A stretch of 63,870 nucleotides of DNA, filler included, from Octopus bimaculoides (taxonomy: Eukaryota): assembly GCF_001194135.2 (NCBI RefSeq). It is 3 parts of 3 records of this genome, joined end to end, with 100 filler letters (N's around TTAATTAATTAA, not from the genome) between each part and the next. Parts side by side here need not be neighbours in the genome. Positions count along the whole stretch, not along the records: positions 23,073 to 53,914 come from NC_068994.1; positions 54,015 to 63,870 come from NC_069005.1; 1 more part is not named here. One strand, given 5' to 3'. The notes below the pieces were generated by a model. The model worked only from the letters and a program-made list of their open reading frames with translations. It was not told the origin of the DNA and did not search any database. Shown piece by piece: positions 53,538 through 63,870 of this stretch; position 1 is the first letter of the stretch; each line of letters starts with the position of its first letter. The translations under genes were made by a program, and so were the position numbers.

Positions 53538-53914
53538 TGTTATGTTTCCCTCAGGTGACTCGTAGAGATAACACAACGAGTTATACAATTTAATTATTAC
53601 ATTTATTGTTCAATTACATACAAAGAACGCACTCACCCAATGTTCGTTATGAATAAACAAAAGTCATGTCCGCCATATATATATCAATGACCTTTTACTA
53701 CGACAGTCCCACAAGACAACAACAATGAAACAATGAACTCAGACGAACCACATGACACACGGAACGTCAGACGAATTACATATCTAACAGTCCATATAAC
53801 ACCTCCCCACTGAAATTGATGCTACACAAGAAGTATCAACAGCAAAGTCTCTCTTGGGTTTTACGGGTTCTCTTGGACCGTCTTGGGTTGTCTGGTCCAT
53901 ACTCTGGAACGGGT
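53538..53914 (-). mobile_element. Gypsy-like LTR retrotransposon 3' end: 3' LTR, PPT and integrase C-terminal tail
   Basis: LTR 53538-53801 with the PPT adjacent. Minus-strand translation PVPEYGPDNPRRSKRTRKTQERLCC* resembles the RRSxRxR(K) tail of Gypsy pol. Truncated by the scaffold join. Confidence 0.8.
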
Positions 53915-54014
53915 NNNNNNNNNNNNNNNNNNNNNNNNNNNNNNNNNNNNNNNNNNNNTTAATTAATTAANNNNNNNNNNNNNNNNNNNNNNNNNNNNNN
54001 NNNNNNNNNNNNNN
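53915..54014. other. Artificial scaffold join (44 N + TTAATTAATTAA + 44 N)
   Basis: Exactly 100 nt, with the linker at 53959-53970. Confidence 0.9.
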
Positions 54015-54063
<49 letters not shown>

Positions 54064-54992
54064 CACACACACATCTTTGGTCAGGTTTTAGTTTGACTTC
54101 AGTCTGGCCCAGCGATTTCGAAAGCAGGAGTTACATGCACAAACTAAACAGCTTTATTGACAACAATAATGATAGCATACATAGATTGTTACACTTCTGT
54201 TTGTGTGTCGACGTTTTGGGGAGTGTACGTGTGTGTGTACGTGTGTGTGTGTGTGTGTATGTGTGTGCGTATGCATTTGCATAAGTAAGAAGGGTGTGCT
54301 TACAAAGTGTTGTGTAATTCAGCTAAAAACATTGGAACGTATTGTTAAAGGACGTTTAGGCCAAAAGTCACTGTATGACTCAGTTATGTTTATATACGCA
54401 TATACAATATATACATACATATATTTCTCTCTCTCTCACACACACGCTAACCCCCCCTCCCAGACACACACACACGCATACCCAGACACACACATACATT
54501 CATACTTGTTCACACCAATGTGCATGCATAATATGGATATATTAGTTTATAGTTATATTAACGTCTATATATAAACTGCGTTTATGCACTTGCATAATAT
54601 ATGCATAAACATACATAGACACATACTGCACATACACGCACATATGCACACATACACAGATAAACGTTCTCACGTTTGCGTAAATAAAAAGTTGATATCT
54701 ACGGAACAATGTACACACACGCATATACATGCATACGTACATACACACACACATATAAATATTTAGAGAGAGAGAGTGAAATGGAATGAGAGAGAAAGAG
54801 ACAGTGTGCGTGTTTGGTATTTGGGAAACTTTAGAGAACTTGAAACAATAAGTTTTTTTAAAGAATGCCAAACTAAATCAAAACAAAAGATAAAGAAAGA
54901 AAAAAAACAAAAATGATCAAACACACACTGGGAAGTCGTCAAACCACCAATCAAATTGCAGCGAGTGGTATTGGTAGACATAGCACTACTAT

Positions 54993-55073
<81 letters not shown>

Positions 55074-55122
55074 AACAACATCAATATGATTAATAGTGTG
55101 TCGAAGCCAACACTTCTTGGTC

Positions 55123-55350
55123 TGGCGAGCTGGCAGTAACGTTAGCACGCCGGGCGAAATGCTTCGCAGCATTTTCGTCTGCCGTTACGTTCTGAGTTCA
55201 AATTCCGCCGAGGTCGACTTTGCCTTTCATCCTTTCGGGGTCGATAAATTAAGTACCAGTTATGCACTGGGGTCGATGTAATCGACTTAATCCTTTTGTC
55301 TGTCCTTGTTTGTCCCGTCTATGTTTAGCGCCTTGTGGGCAAAAAAAAAA
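55123..55350 (+). mobile_element. SINE family B, young copy
   Basis: Near-identical to 24902-25135. Further copies at ~2392-2625, 29858-30030 and 55395-55615 (+), and ~8907-9087, 49441-49625, 49668-49865, 57800-57930, 58683-58862 and 62535-62645 (-). Confidence 0.88.
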
Positions 55351-55629
55351 AAATTTTTTAAATAAAAAATAAAAATAAATACTTCATTGTGACTACCGCG
55401 GTCAGCTGGCAAAATCGTTAGCACGGCGGGAAAACTATTTAGCGACATTTCGTCCTTTACGTTCTGAGTTCAAATTCCGCCGTGGTCAGATTTGCCTTTC
55501 CTCTTTTGGGGGTGGGATAGATAAAAGAAGTATGAGCTGAGCACGGGTGTTGGTGTAATCGACTTACCCCTCCCTGGAATTGCTGGCCTTGTGCTAAAAT
55601 TTGAAACTAATAAATACGTCTACATAGAC

Positions 55630-55977
55630 CAGGGGTTCTCAACCATTTTCTATCTATGTGCTCCTTCAATTATAATCTTATTCTGGTGGACCCCCATAGC
55701 CATTCAATGTTTAAAAACTAGATTTATAGAAACTTCTTTCAAAATTCCTTATTTTGCTTTTCTTACATCAACTTGTGTAGGCTGCAATTTATAAAATGTT
55801 AGAGAAAGAAACCTAGCTGTTTCTTGCAATACATACCAATACATACATCTAAAGTAAAATTTTTCAGGGACCTTAAAATACTATTGTCGATCCCCAATAA
55901 ACTATTTTGTTGCGTGGACCCCAAAAAATCTTATATGGACTATCAAGGGCCATGTGGACCCCGGTTGAGAACCTCTG
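55630..55977. mobile_element. hAT (Charlie-like) MITE
   Basis: TIRs caggggttctcaacc / ggttgagaacctctg. 8-bp TSD acatagac/atatagac. A related fragment lies at ~35718-35975. Confidence 0.88.
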
Positions 55978-57074
55978 ATATAGACACTTAAAACAATTAG
56001 AGAAAGCAAGATACGTGATATCAAACCATTTTCTTTAGTTTTGTACTCACGACACAAGATGGGGAAAGTGTAACTCCTTCTTCGCGGTCCAGGTTTTAGC
56101 TCCACAGAGAATAATGTACTTTACACAATTACCTCACACTTTTACGCAATATACCGCACCTCTTCTAATTTTTCTTTTATCGCTTTCAGTTTCTGATACG
56201 AAACAAGTCTATATTAGACAGAAACAGATTTTTTATTTACAGGTTGAAAATCATTGAAAAGAGTGAAGTGAATAGAAACGCTTTTAACGGTGACCAATAG
56301 AGTTCAGCATCATATTGAAACGACTATCTTTATTGCAGAATCATATAAACTAAATTAAACATTTAAATGGGGGGGGGGGACTGGCAAGTTTTAACAGACC
56401 CACCTTCTCAAATTGCCCAACGTATCTGTCATACTGCTGGTCACCTATGTATAAATGTATATACATACATACGCGTGTGTGTGCGTACCACCGTGAGTGC
56501 GTACGTGCGAACGTACTCTGCGTGTGACCTTCTTCAGATGAAGTCTTGTCGTCTGCTTACAATGCATATCGCTCGCCACTTGCAAGGTCGCTTACGTAGC
56601 AATNNNNNNNNNNNNNNNNNNNNNNNNNNNNNNNNNNNNNNNNNNNNNNNNNNNNNNNNNNNNNNNNNNNNNNNNNNNNNNNNNNNNNNNNNNNNNNNNN
56701 NNNNNNNNNNNNNNNNNNNNNNNNNNNNNNNNNNNNNNNNNNNNNNNNNNNNNNNNNNNNNNNNNNNNNNNNNNNNNNNNNNNNNNNNNNNNNNNNNNNN
56801 NNNNNNNNNNNNNNNNNNNNNNNNNNNNNNNNNNNNNNNNNNNNNNNNNNNNNNNNNNNNNNNNNNNNNNNNNNNNNNNNNNNNNNNNNNNNNNNNNNNN
56901 NNNNNNNNNNNNNNNNNNNNNNNNNNNNNNNNNNNNNNNNNNNNNNNNNNNNNNNNNNNNNNNNNNNNNNNNNNNNNNNNNNNNNNNNNNNNNNNNNNNN
57001 NNNNNNNNNNNNNNNNNNNNNNNNNNNNNNNNNNNNNNNNNNNNNNNNNNNNNNNNNNNNNNNNNNNNNNNNNN

Positions 57075-57117
<43 letters not shown>

Positions 57118-57279
57118 AGCACAAATGTGTATGTGTGTGTAGTATGTGTGTGTGAGCGTGTATATGTGTGTATGTGTGTGTATATGTGTGTATACATACG
57201 TTCGCACATACATGCATACATACGTACGCAAAAGCATTAATTTTTCCGTAATGTGTTTTTCATGTTTTGTTATCTACTA

Positions 57280-57353
<74 letters not shown>

Positions 57354-57652
57354 ACAACGTTAACAACAACAAGAAAGCACGTTGAAAGGCGTTCGAAAAA
57401 TGTTAATGAATCTTAGCCACCCATCTATAATCAAACCCGCCAAGCACCACCACCACCATCAACACCTCCAAAAATTTGTGCTGAACACATTAAGATGTAC
57501 GCGTTCAGGTGGACCTGGTGACCAAAACCGGGGTGGTTGGGGTTATTTTTAAGCAACAAACGGCTACTGTCATTCGATACCGTAAGATTTGCACCCAGTT
57601 GTTACCCGTCGGGGTCAGCCAAGTATCTATCTATATACCCTGGCCTGGGAGG

Positions 57653-57756
57653 TATTAAAACCCCACTCTGTATAATCTGCCACTCTCCGCCACTCTCCAC
57701 ACACGCACACATAACTCGGATAAAGAGACTACTCAGTGACCACCCACGCCGTAAGT
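57653..57756 (+). promoter_or_regulatory. Candidate TATA-like box, short non-coding first exon and GTAAGT donor
   Basis: TATTAAAA at 57653-57660 and GCC|gtaagt donor at 57751, in CpG-retaining non-repetitive sequence. No downstream partner exon found. Confidence 0.3.
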
Positions 57757-58402
57757 CCCGAGTATTTTACTTGACTTCGAACTTTATATATATTCCTTTC
57801 AAGTCTTGGCACAAGACCGGCAATTTGGAGGGAGGTATAGGTCGTTTAAATCAACCCCAATGTTCAACTAGTACTTATTTTATTGACCCCTAAAGGTTGA
57901 AAAGTAAAGTCCACCTAAGCGAAGTTTGAACTTTATATATACTATTAAACCTAATACTATTTGGAATCCCACAAGATGCTTCTCGAGCTATTTGCGTTCG
58001 TCTTCAGTGGTGGACACCCGTCCGTTAGAGATAGCAGTAATGCGCTCCGGCTCGCAATATATATAGAAAAATAAGTGACAACCAGTCACTGAGTTTGCAA
58101 CAAGCAAAGTAGCTAGTTAGAAATCTCGATACGAAATGAAAGCAGTAACTGTACTGAAAAGTAAATCTGTCCGACGTACGTTTCTGCTGCATAGAAAAGT
58201 AGAAATTGCATTTGCATTTAGCTATTTTTGACTGGTTAGGAGTTTATGCAACTTTATTCAAGGTCTATACATACATATATGTATGTGTTTATGTATGTAT
58301 ATATGTGTGCATGTATTTCTATGCGCAGATTTGTATGTTTTGTTTCATGTATGTATTCTCATGCACAGAGTTGCATGCCTAGACACGCACATTCATATAT
58401 AC

Positions 58403-58680
58403 CTAAATGATGGCTTGGATCTGTAGTCTTCGAATCAGCTTTTTCCTTTCTGGTTTTGAGAGGCCTAATTCTTCAAGATTGGCATTTAGGCAGTGTGTTA
58501 CACATCCCAGTGGCCCAATAGTTACAGGGATAAGCCTAAACTTGTAACCTAGGTAAAGTAGCCGTAGATTTCTCAATAATTCAGTATAGGTATTTTCTTT
58601 TTCGCTGATCTTTAGCTTTATAGTAACATCCGTGAGCAGCTGATTTTCACAACTGTACACATATCTTGATCTTGACACTA
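58403..58680 (-). mobile_element. RLE-type LINE C-terminal fragment
   Basis: ORF 58403-58678: Y.ELLRNLRLLY.GYKFRLIPVTIGPLGCV...LEELG...LQIQAI resembles the RLE C-terminus. Confidence 0.65.
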
Positions 58681-58882
58681 TTTGTAATTAGTTCAAAACT
58701 TGGCACAATTTTGGGGGAGGGATAAGTCGATTACATCAACCTCACTACTTAACTGGTATTTGTTTCATCGACCCCGAAAGGATGAAAGTCGACCTCGGCG
58801 AAATTTGAACTCAGAATTTAAAGACTGACGAAATGCCGCAAAACATTTCGCCCGGCGTGCTAAAACATTACTTGTAATTGAC

Positions 58883-58951
<69 letters not shown>

Positions 58952-58998
58952 TCACGTACACACACGCACGCACGCACACACGCACACATACACACACG

Positions 58999-59031
<33 letters not shown>

Positions 59032-59224
59032 NNNNNNNNNNNNNNNNNNNNNNNNNNNNNNNNNNNNNNNNNNNNNNNNNNNNNNNNNNNNNNNNNNNNN
59101 NNNNNNNNNNNNNNNNNNNNNNNNNNNNNNNNNNNNNNNNNNNNNNNNNNNNNNNNNNNNNNNNNNNNNNNNNNNNNNNNNNNNNNNGAGTATGTGCATA
59201 TATACGTACATGTATGTACATACT

Positions 59225-59420
59225 TACATCTACCTGTATATATAGATGCATATCTGGGTACAGGACATTGCAAACAAAGCGTAGACAAAATGATAAACGA
59301 GTACAGAAAACACACAGGCCACATAGAGAACATCTCCTTCATCAGCTGCCCCCATTCTAACACAGGCGTTTCGAAGAGTAGGGCAGGACGCATCGTTAAA
59401 ATGGCTCTTCCCACGGACCA
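59225..59420 (-). mobile_element. Penelope-like terminal-repeat fragment (family also at ~19085-19330 on +)
   Basis: Shares ttagaatgg..gcagctgatgaagga.at.ttctctatg.ggcctgtgtgttttctgt with 19085-19260 in the opposite orientation. Family assignment is inferred from the CTGATGAAG/CGAAAC motifs. Confidence 0.5.
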
Positions 59421-59994
59421 CAAATTAAATTTAAGTTTAATTTAATTCAAATTAAATTTGTAACGTGAAGGAATGTAGTGACGGACAAAACAAAACAGGA
59501 ACACGAAACAGTGAGAACAAACAAGAAAGCTATACGGCCAGACGTGAAAAATATATATGTGCTGAACGCTGTAAAGCAACGAACTGGAAAGGAGACGAAG
59601 AATTGTTCGTGCTAGCTTCATATATATATATATATATACATATATTTATGTATGTATGTATGTATGTATGTATGTATATGCGTATGGAGATGTCTTAGCC
59701 TAGTTCTTAGGGTGTCGGGTTCATGATCGTACGGTACGGGGCTAACCACCGTCACATGGAGGCCCCGCGTGTCCTTGAGTGAAGCATTTTATTTCATTTT
59801 TCTTTTTTTTTCTTTTAATTGTTTCAGTCATTTGACTGTGACCACGCTGGAGCACCACCTTTAGCCAAACACATCGACCCCAGGACTTATTCTGTGTAAG
59901 CTTAGTACTTATTCTATCCATATCTTTTGCCGAACTGCTAAGTTACAGGGACGTAAACACACAAACGTCGGTTGTCAAGAGATGCTGGGGGGAC

Positions 59995-60399
59995 AAACAC
60001 AAACACACAAATACATACATATACACACACACACACGCGTGTACCCATACTCACGCACGCACACACACACAGCCACTCTCATACATACACATGCACACAC
60101 CCACACTCACACCTATGCACATACTCACACTTACACAAACAGGTACACACATGCTCACACTAACATACGCATACACCCATATTCACACACACATGCTCAC
60201 ACTCACGCTTACATGCATGCATACACACTCATGCTCACATCCACGCTCACACACACATGCGCACACATACACTCGCACACAAGCTCATACCCACACTCAA
60301 ATACATGCAGATACGCACACTCACACACATGCGCACACTCACATATGCACACACTCACATACACATGCATACACCCCCACACATATACATGCTCACAGG

Positions 60400-60430
<31 letters not shown>

Positions 60431-60545
60431 CCACACTAATACACACACATGCACACACACACGCATCCACATACAGATGAACACACTCTCGCACACTCAC
60501 AATCACACATGCATACACACAACACACACATAAATATGCATGCAT
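59995..60545. repeat. Degenerate (CA)n-rich low-complexity tract; similar tracts at ~31200-31515, 60785-60965 and 61190-61590
   Basis: Seen directly. Source of the His/Thr and Cys/Val ORFs. Confidence 0.9.
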
Positions 60546-61918
60546 ATATATATGTGTGTGGTAAAGAGGTTCGCTTTGCCTCTATGTGGGTGTGGGCAGG
60601 GAATAAAATTTAGGGGTTATGGTTTAGGGGCAAATAGAGAGTGGGCAGAAATCGGGGGAGGAGGTCGAGCACCTGCTGTGACCTTTCTTACTGGATCCCC
60701 TCAACACGTGACAAATACGTTCGCTCCCACGTAGTTTCGGGTTCAGTCTCACTGCGCGGAACGTTGGGTACGCATCTTCCCTATGACTTTGGGTGTATGT
60801 GCTTGTGTGTATGTGAATGTGTGTGTATGTGAATGTGTGTGTATGTGTATGTATACCTGTGTATGTAGATGTGTGTTTGTGTGTGCGTGTGCATGTGTGC
60901 ATGTGTGTGTGTGTATGTGTATGTGGATGTGTGTGTGTGTGTGTGTGTGTGTGCATACACGTGCATGTGCGTCTTGTGTTTTTAACACTCGAGAGTGGGT
61001 GTTGGTTTGTTTGTATCACCGTAGCGTAGCTTTCCGACAAATGGTACCGATAAAATAAAAAGCTTACTTAAAAACATTTACAGATGTTGATATGATTGAC
61101 TAAAAAACACCTAGAAGACGATGCATCAGGATGGCCACACTCCAAAACATGAGACCAGGAAAAGAATAGAAGGATGTGTATATGTATGTGCGTGAGTGTG
61201 TACCTGTTAATACGTGAATTTGTTTATATATATGTATGTGTGCGTGCGTGTAGGCGTGTATATGTGAATGCGTTTATATACATATAGATATACAGACAGA
61301 CAGACAGACAGACAGATAGACAGACAGATAGATAGATATACACACGTACAAACACATACACATATACATTCACACATACACACACATATACAATACAAAC
61401 ACGCACACGCACACACGCGCTCACACGCACACACGCGCTCACACGCACACACGCGCTCACACACACACGCGCGCACACACATACACACGCACATATATAC
61501 ACTACACGCACATACAAGTATATATATACACACTGTGTGTATGTGTGTGTGCAAATGTATGCATGTGTGTGCATATGTGTGCGTGTGTTGTATGGGGTAC
61601 TGGTGTGTGGAGATAGGGAAAAGATAAAATTTGGTAAACGTGGAGAAAAGGGAGGCGTAGTGGTAACTCACACCGCCATGTGGATGTGGGTAGGGCATAG
61701 AATTTAGGGGTTATGGGTTTAGGGGCAGCAGAGTGTAGGTGGAGAGTGGCGGAGGCGGTTGAGCACCTGCTGTGACCTTTTTACTGGATCCCCTCAATTC
61801 CAAACGACCACATTCTGTGTGACTGGCACCCCTACTAAAAGATTATAGTGAACCCCAGTACACATGTACATATATATATACACACAATATATATATACAC
61901 ACACATATATAATATATA

Positions 61919-61970
<52 letters not shown>

Positions 61971-61993
61971 ATACATACATATGCATATTTATA

Positions 61994-62045
<52 letters not shown>

Positions 62046-62162
62046 TATACATACATACATACACGTGTGTGTGCGCGCACGCAAGCGAGTGTATATGTGT
62101 GTATGTGTATATATGTCTGCATGCATGTACGTATATATTAATGCGTGTGTTTATATATACTC

Positions 62163-62533
62163 TTTACTCTTTTGCTTGTTTCAGTCATTTGACGGTGGCC
62201 ATGCTGGAGCACCGCCTTTAGTCGAGCAAATTGACCCTAGGACTTATTCTCTGTGAGCCTAGTACTTATTCTATCGGTTTCTTTTGCCGGACCGCTAGGT
62301 TCTGGGGACGTAAACACACCAGCATCGGTTGTCAAACGATGTTGGGGGGACAAACACAGACACACAAATATATACACACACGTACACACACACATATATA
62401 TATATACATAGATACGACGGGCTTCTTTCAGTTTCCGTCTACCAAATCTACTCACAAGGCTTTGGTCGGCCCGAGGCTATAGTAGAAGACACTTGCCCAA
62501 GGTGCCACGCAGTGGGACTGAACTCAGAACCAT
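62163..62533 (-). mobile_element. SINE family A, full-length young copy
   Basis: Reverse complement of the family A consensus, with CpGs intact. Partial minus copies lie at ~59812-60010 and ~22548-22712. Confidence 0.88.
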
Positions 62534-62682
62534 GAAAGGGATGAAAGACAAAGTCGACCTCGGCGGAATTTGAAATCATAACGTCAAAATGGGCGAAATG
62601 TCGCTAAGCATTATGCACGGTGCGCTTACGAATCTGCCAGCTCACCATCTTAATAATAATGATGGTGATGATGATGATGATG

Positions 62683-63780
62683 ATAAGCAAGCTTCAGTCG
62701 CGAAGCTTAGTAAGGAATTTAAAGAATCTCTTGGTTTACAAGTTAACAATAAGAATGACCAAAGACACCCAAATACTGACAGACCTACCATTGCTTCTCC
62801 TGGTTTAGAAATTAACGATCAGAAAGACCAACAGATCCAAATAGTGACAAACCTATCATGAATAATATCGAAGACAACTGGAAAGGCAAACTCCAGCGTA
62901 GAAAATACCTACCGCCTATCCAAGCCAGATCTCGATCAAAATCTAACACACCAATGGCTACAAGGGACAGGTCTGAAAGGGGAAACAGAAGGTTTTGTTA
63001 TTGCAGTGCAAGATCAGAGCTTACCTACCAGAAACTACCATGCAAACGTCCTTAAAGACGGATCTGACCCCTCGTGCAGAATTTGCGGAAAATTCACAGA
63101 GACAATTGATCATGTTGTTTCTGGGTGTCCAGTCCTCGCTGAAAAGGAGTATCTCATAAGACATGACAGACTAGGGTAGTACATCCACTGGAATGCTTGT
63201 AAATATTACAAAATTAAATCCCATGATAAGTGTTACAGTCACTATCTAGAGGATGTAGTAAATGGCGAGGGCGCCACTATCCTTTCGAACTTCCTAATAC
63301 AAACAGACAGAAAAATTGACTCCAATCGACCAGACATTGTGATCAAGGACTACAACAGAGGAACTTGTCTGTTAATAGATATGTCTGTCCCACAAGATCA
63401 AAATGTCTCAAGAAAAGAATACGAAAAGCTTTCCACTATAAAGATCTGCAAATTGAGATCACAAAAATGTGGAAGCTTAGTACTACGATAATACCAGTAG
63501 TAATTGGTGCGTTGGGAATGATAAAGAAGGGAGTTGAGAAGTATATTAAGTAACTCTCTGGTAACTCCAGTCTCCGTGAACTACAAAAGATAACCTTGAT
63601 GGGTACGGCTCATATACTACGGAAAGCACTCTCCATCTAAAATGGAATAAATGTGGTGATAACTTCAGCATGCATAGCAAAACAAAAGTACCCTTGCTAC
63701 CTTTGGCCTCCGGAGGACGCCCAGTACTAAGGCAGCTGAAATAAAGTTACAATGAAAAGAAACCATAAATAATAATAATG

Positions 63781-63870
<90 letters not shown>
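62683..63870 (+). mobile_element. 5'-truncated R4/Dong-clade (RLE) non-LTR retrotransposon with 3' UTR and (TAA)n tail
   Basis: Translation gives ETEGFVIAVQDQSLPTRNY, CCHC knuckle CRICGKFTETIDHVVSGC, RLE motif RPDIVIKD..LIDMSVP and C-terminus LQKITLMGTAHILRKALSI*. It has stops and frameshifts, and a (TAA)n tail from ~63768. Confidence 0.92.

Noticed and set aside
57970-58015. Hammerhead-like CUGAAGA motif on the minus strand
   Set aside because: The second box reads GAAG, and stems I and III are broken. At most a relic.
59330-59420. Type II hammerhead in the Penelope-like fragment (GAAA...CUGAUGA)
   Set aside because: No NUH cleavage triplet with properly paired stems I and III could be drawn.
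59982-62256. Long His/Thr-, Cys/Val- and Tyr/Ile-rich ORFs (also at 6778-7111, 29967-30440, 30976-31530 and across N gaps)
   Set aside because: They are translations of (CA)n, (TA)n and trinucleotide microsatellites or of N runs.

Overview
AT-rich, microsatellite-dense animal genomic DNA. The SINE, MITE and LINE repertoire looks like a coleoid cephalopod, probably Octopus (inferred from the sequence, not a database result). The only host gene I can support is a minus-strand middle portion of UNC79, a scaffold subunit of the NALCN sodium-leak channel complex. I assembled 10 coding exons by hand between 42354 and 23390. All have GT-AG boundaries and all phases chain except one junction, where a missing exon most likely lies in the N gap at 27153-28007. 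The ORF track misses most of these exons, and nearly all other listed ORFs are microsatellite or repeat translations. Two artificial 100-bp scaffold joins (44 N + TTAATTAATTAA + 44 N) bracket the exon block, and no convincing UNC79 exon lies outside them. The rest is introns or intergenic DNA with tRNA-derived SINEs, R4/Dong-type and CR1-type LINE remnants, hAT, PIF-like, piggyBac-like and mariner-like MITEs, a Helitron relic and LTR pieces. The most interesting non-coding items are a structurally complete minimal hammerhead ribozyme on the UNC79 sense strand (26716-26761), a loopless ~196-bp palindrome (3701-3896), inverted repeat pairs around UNC79 exons, a CpG-decay transition near 52-54 kb and a possible divergent promoter at 56-58 kb. 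Repeat boundaries are approximate unless TSDs or TIRs are quoted. Comparisons with human UNC79 come from my recollection of that sequence and need confirming by alignment.
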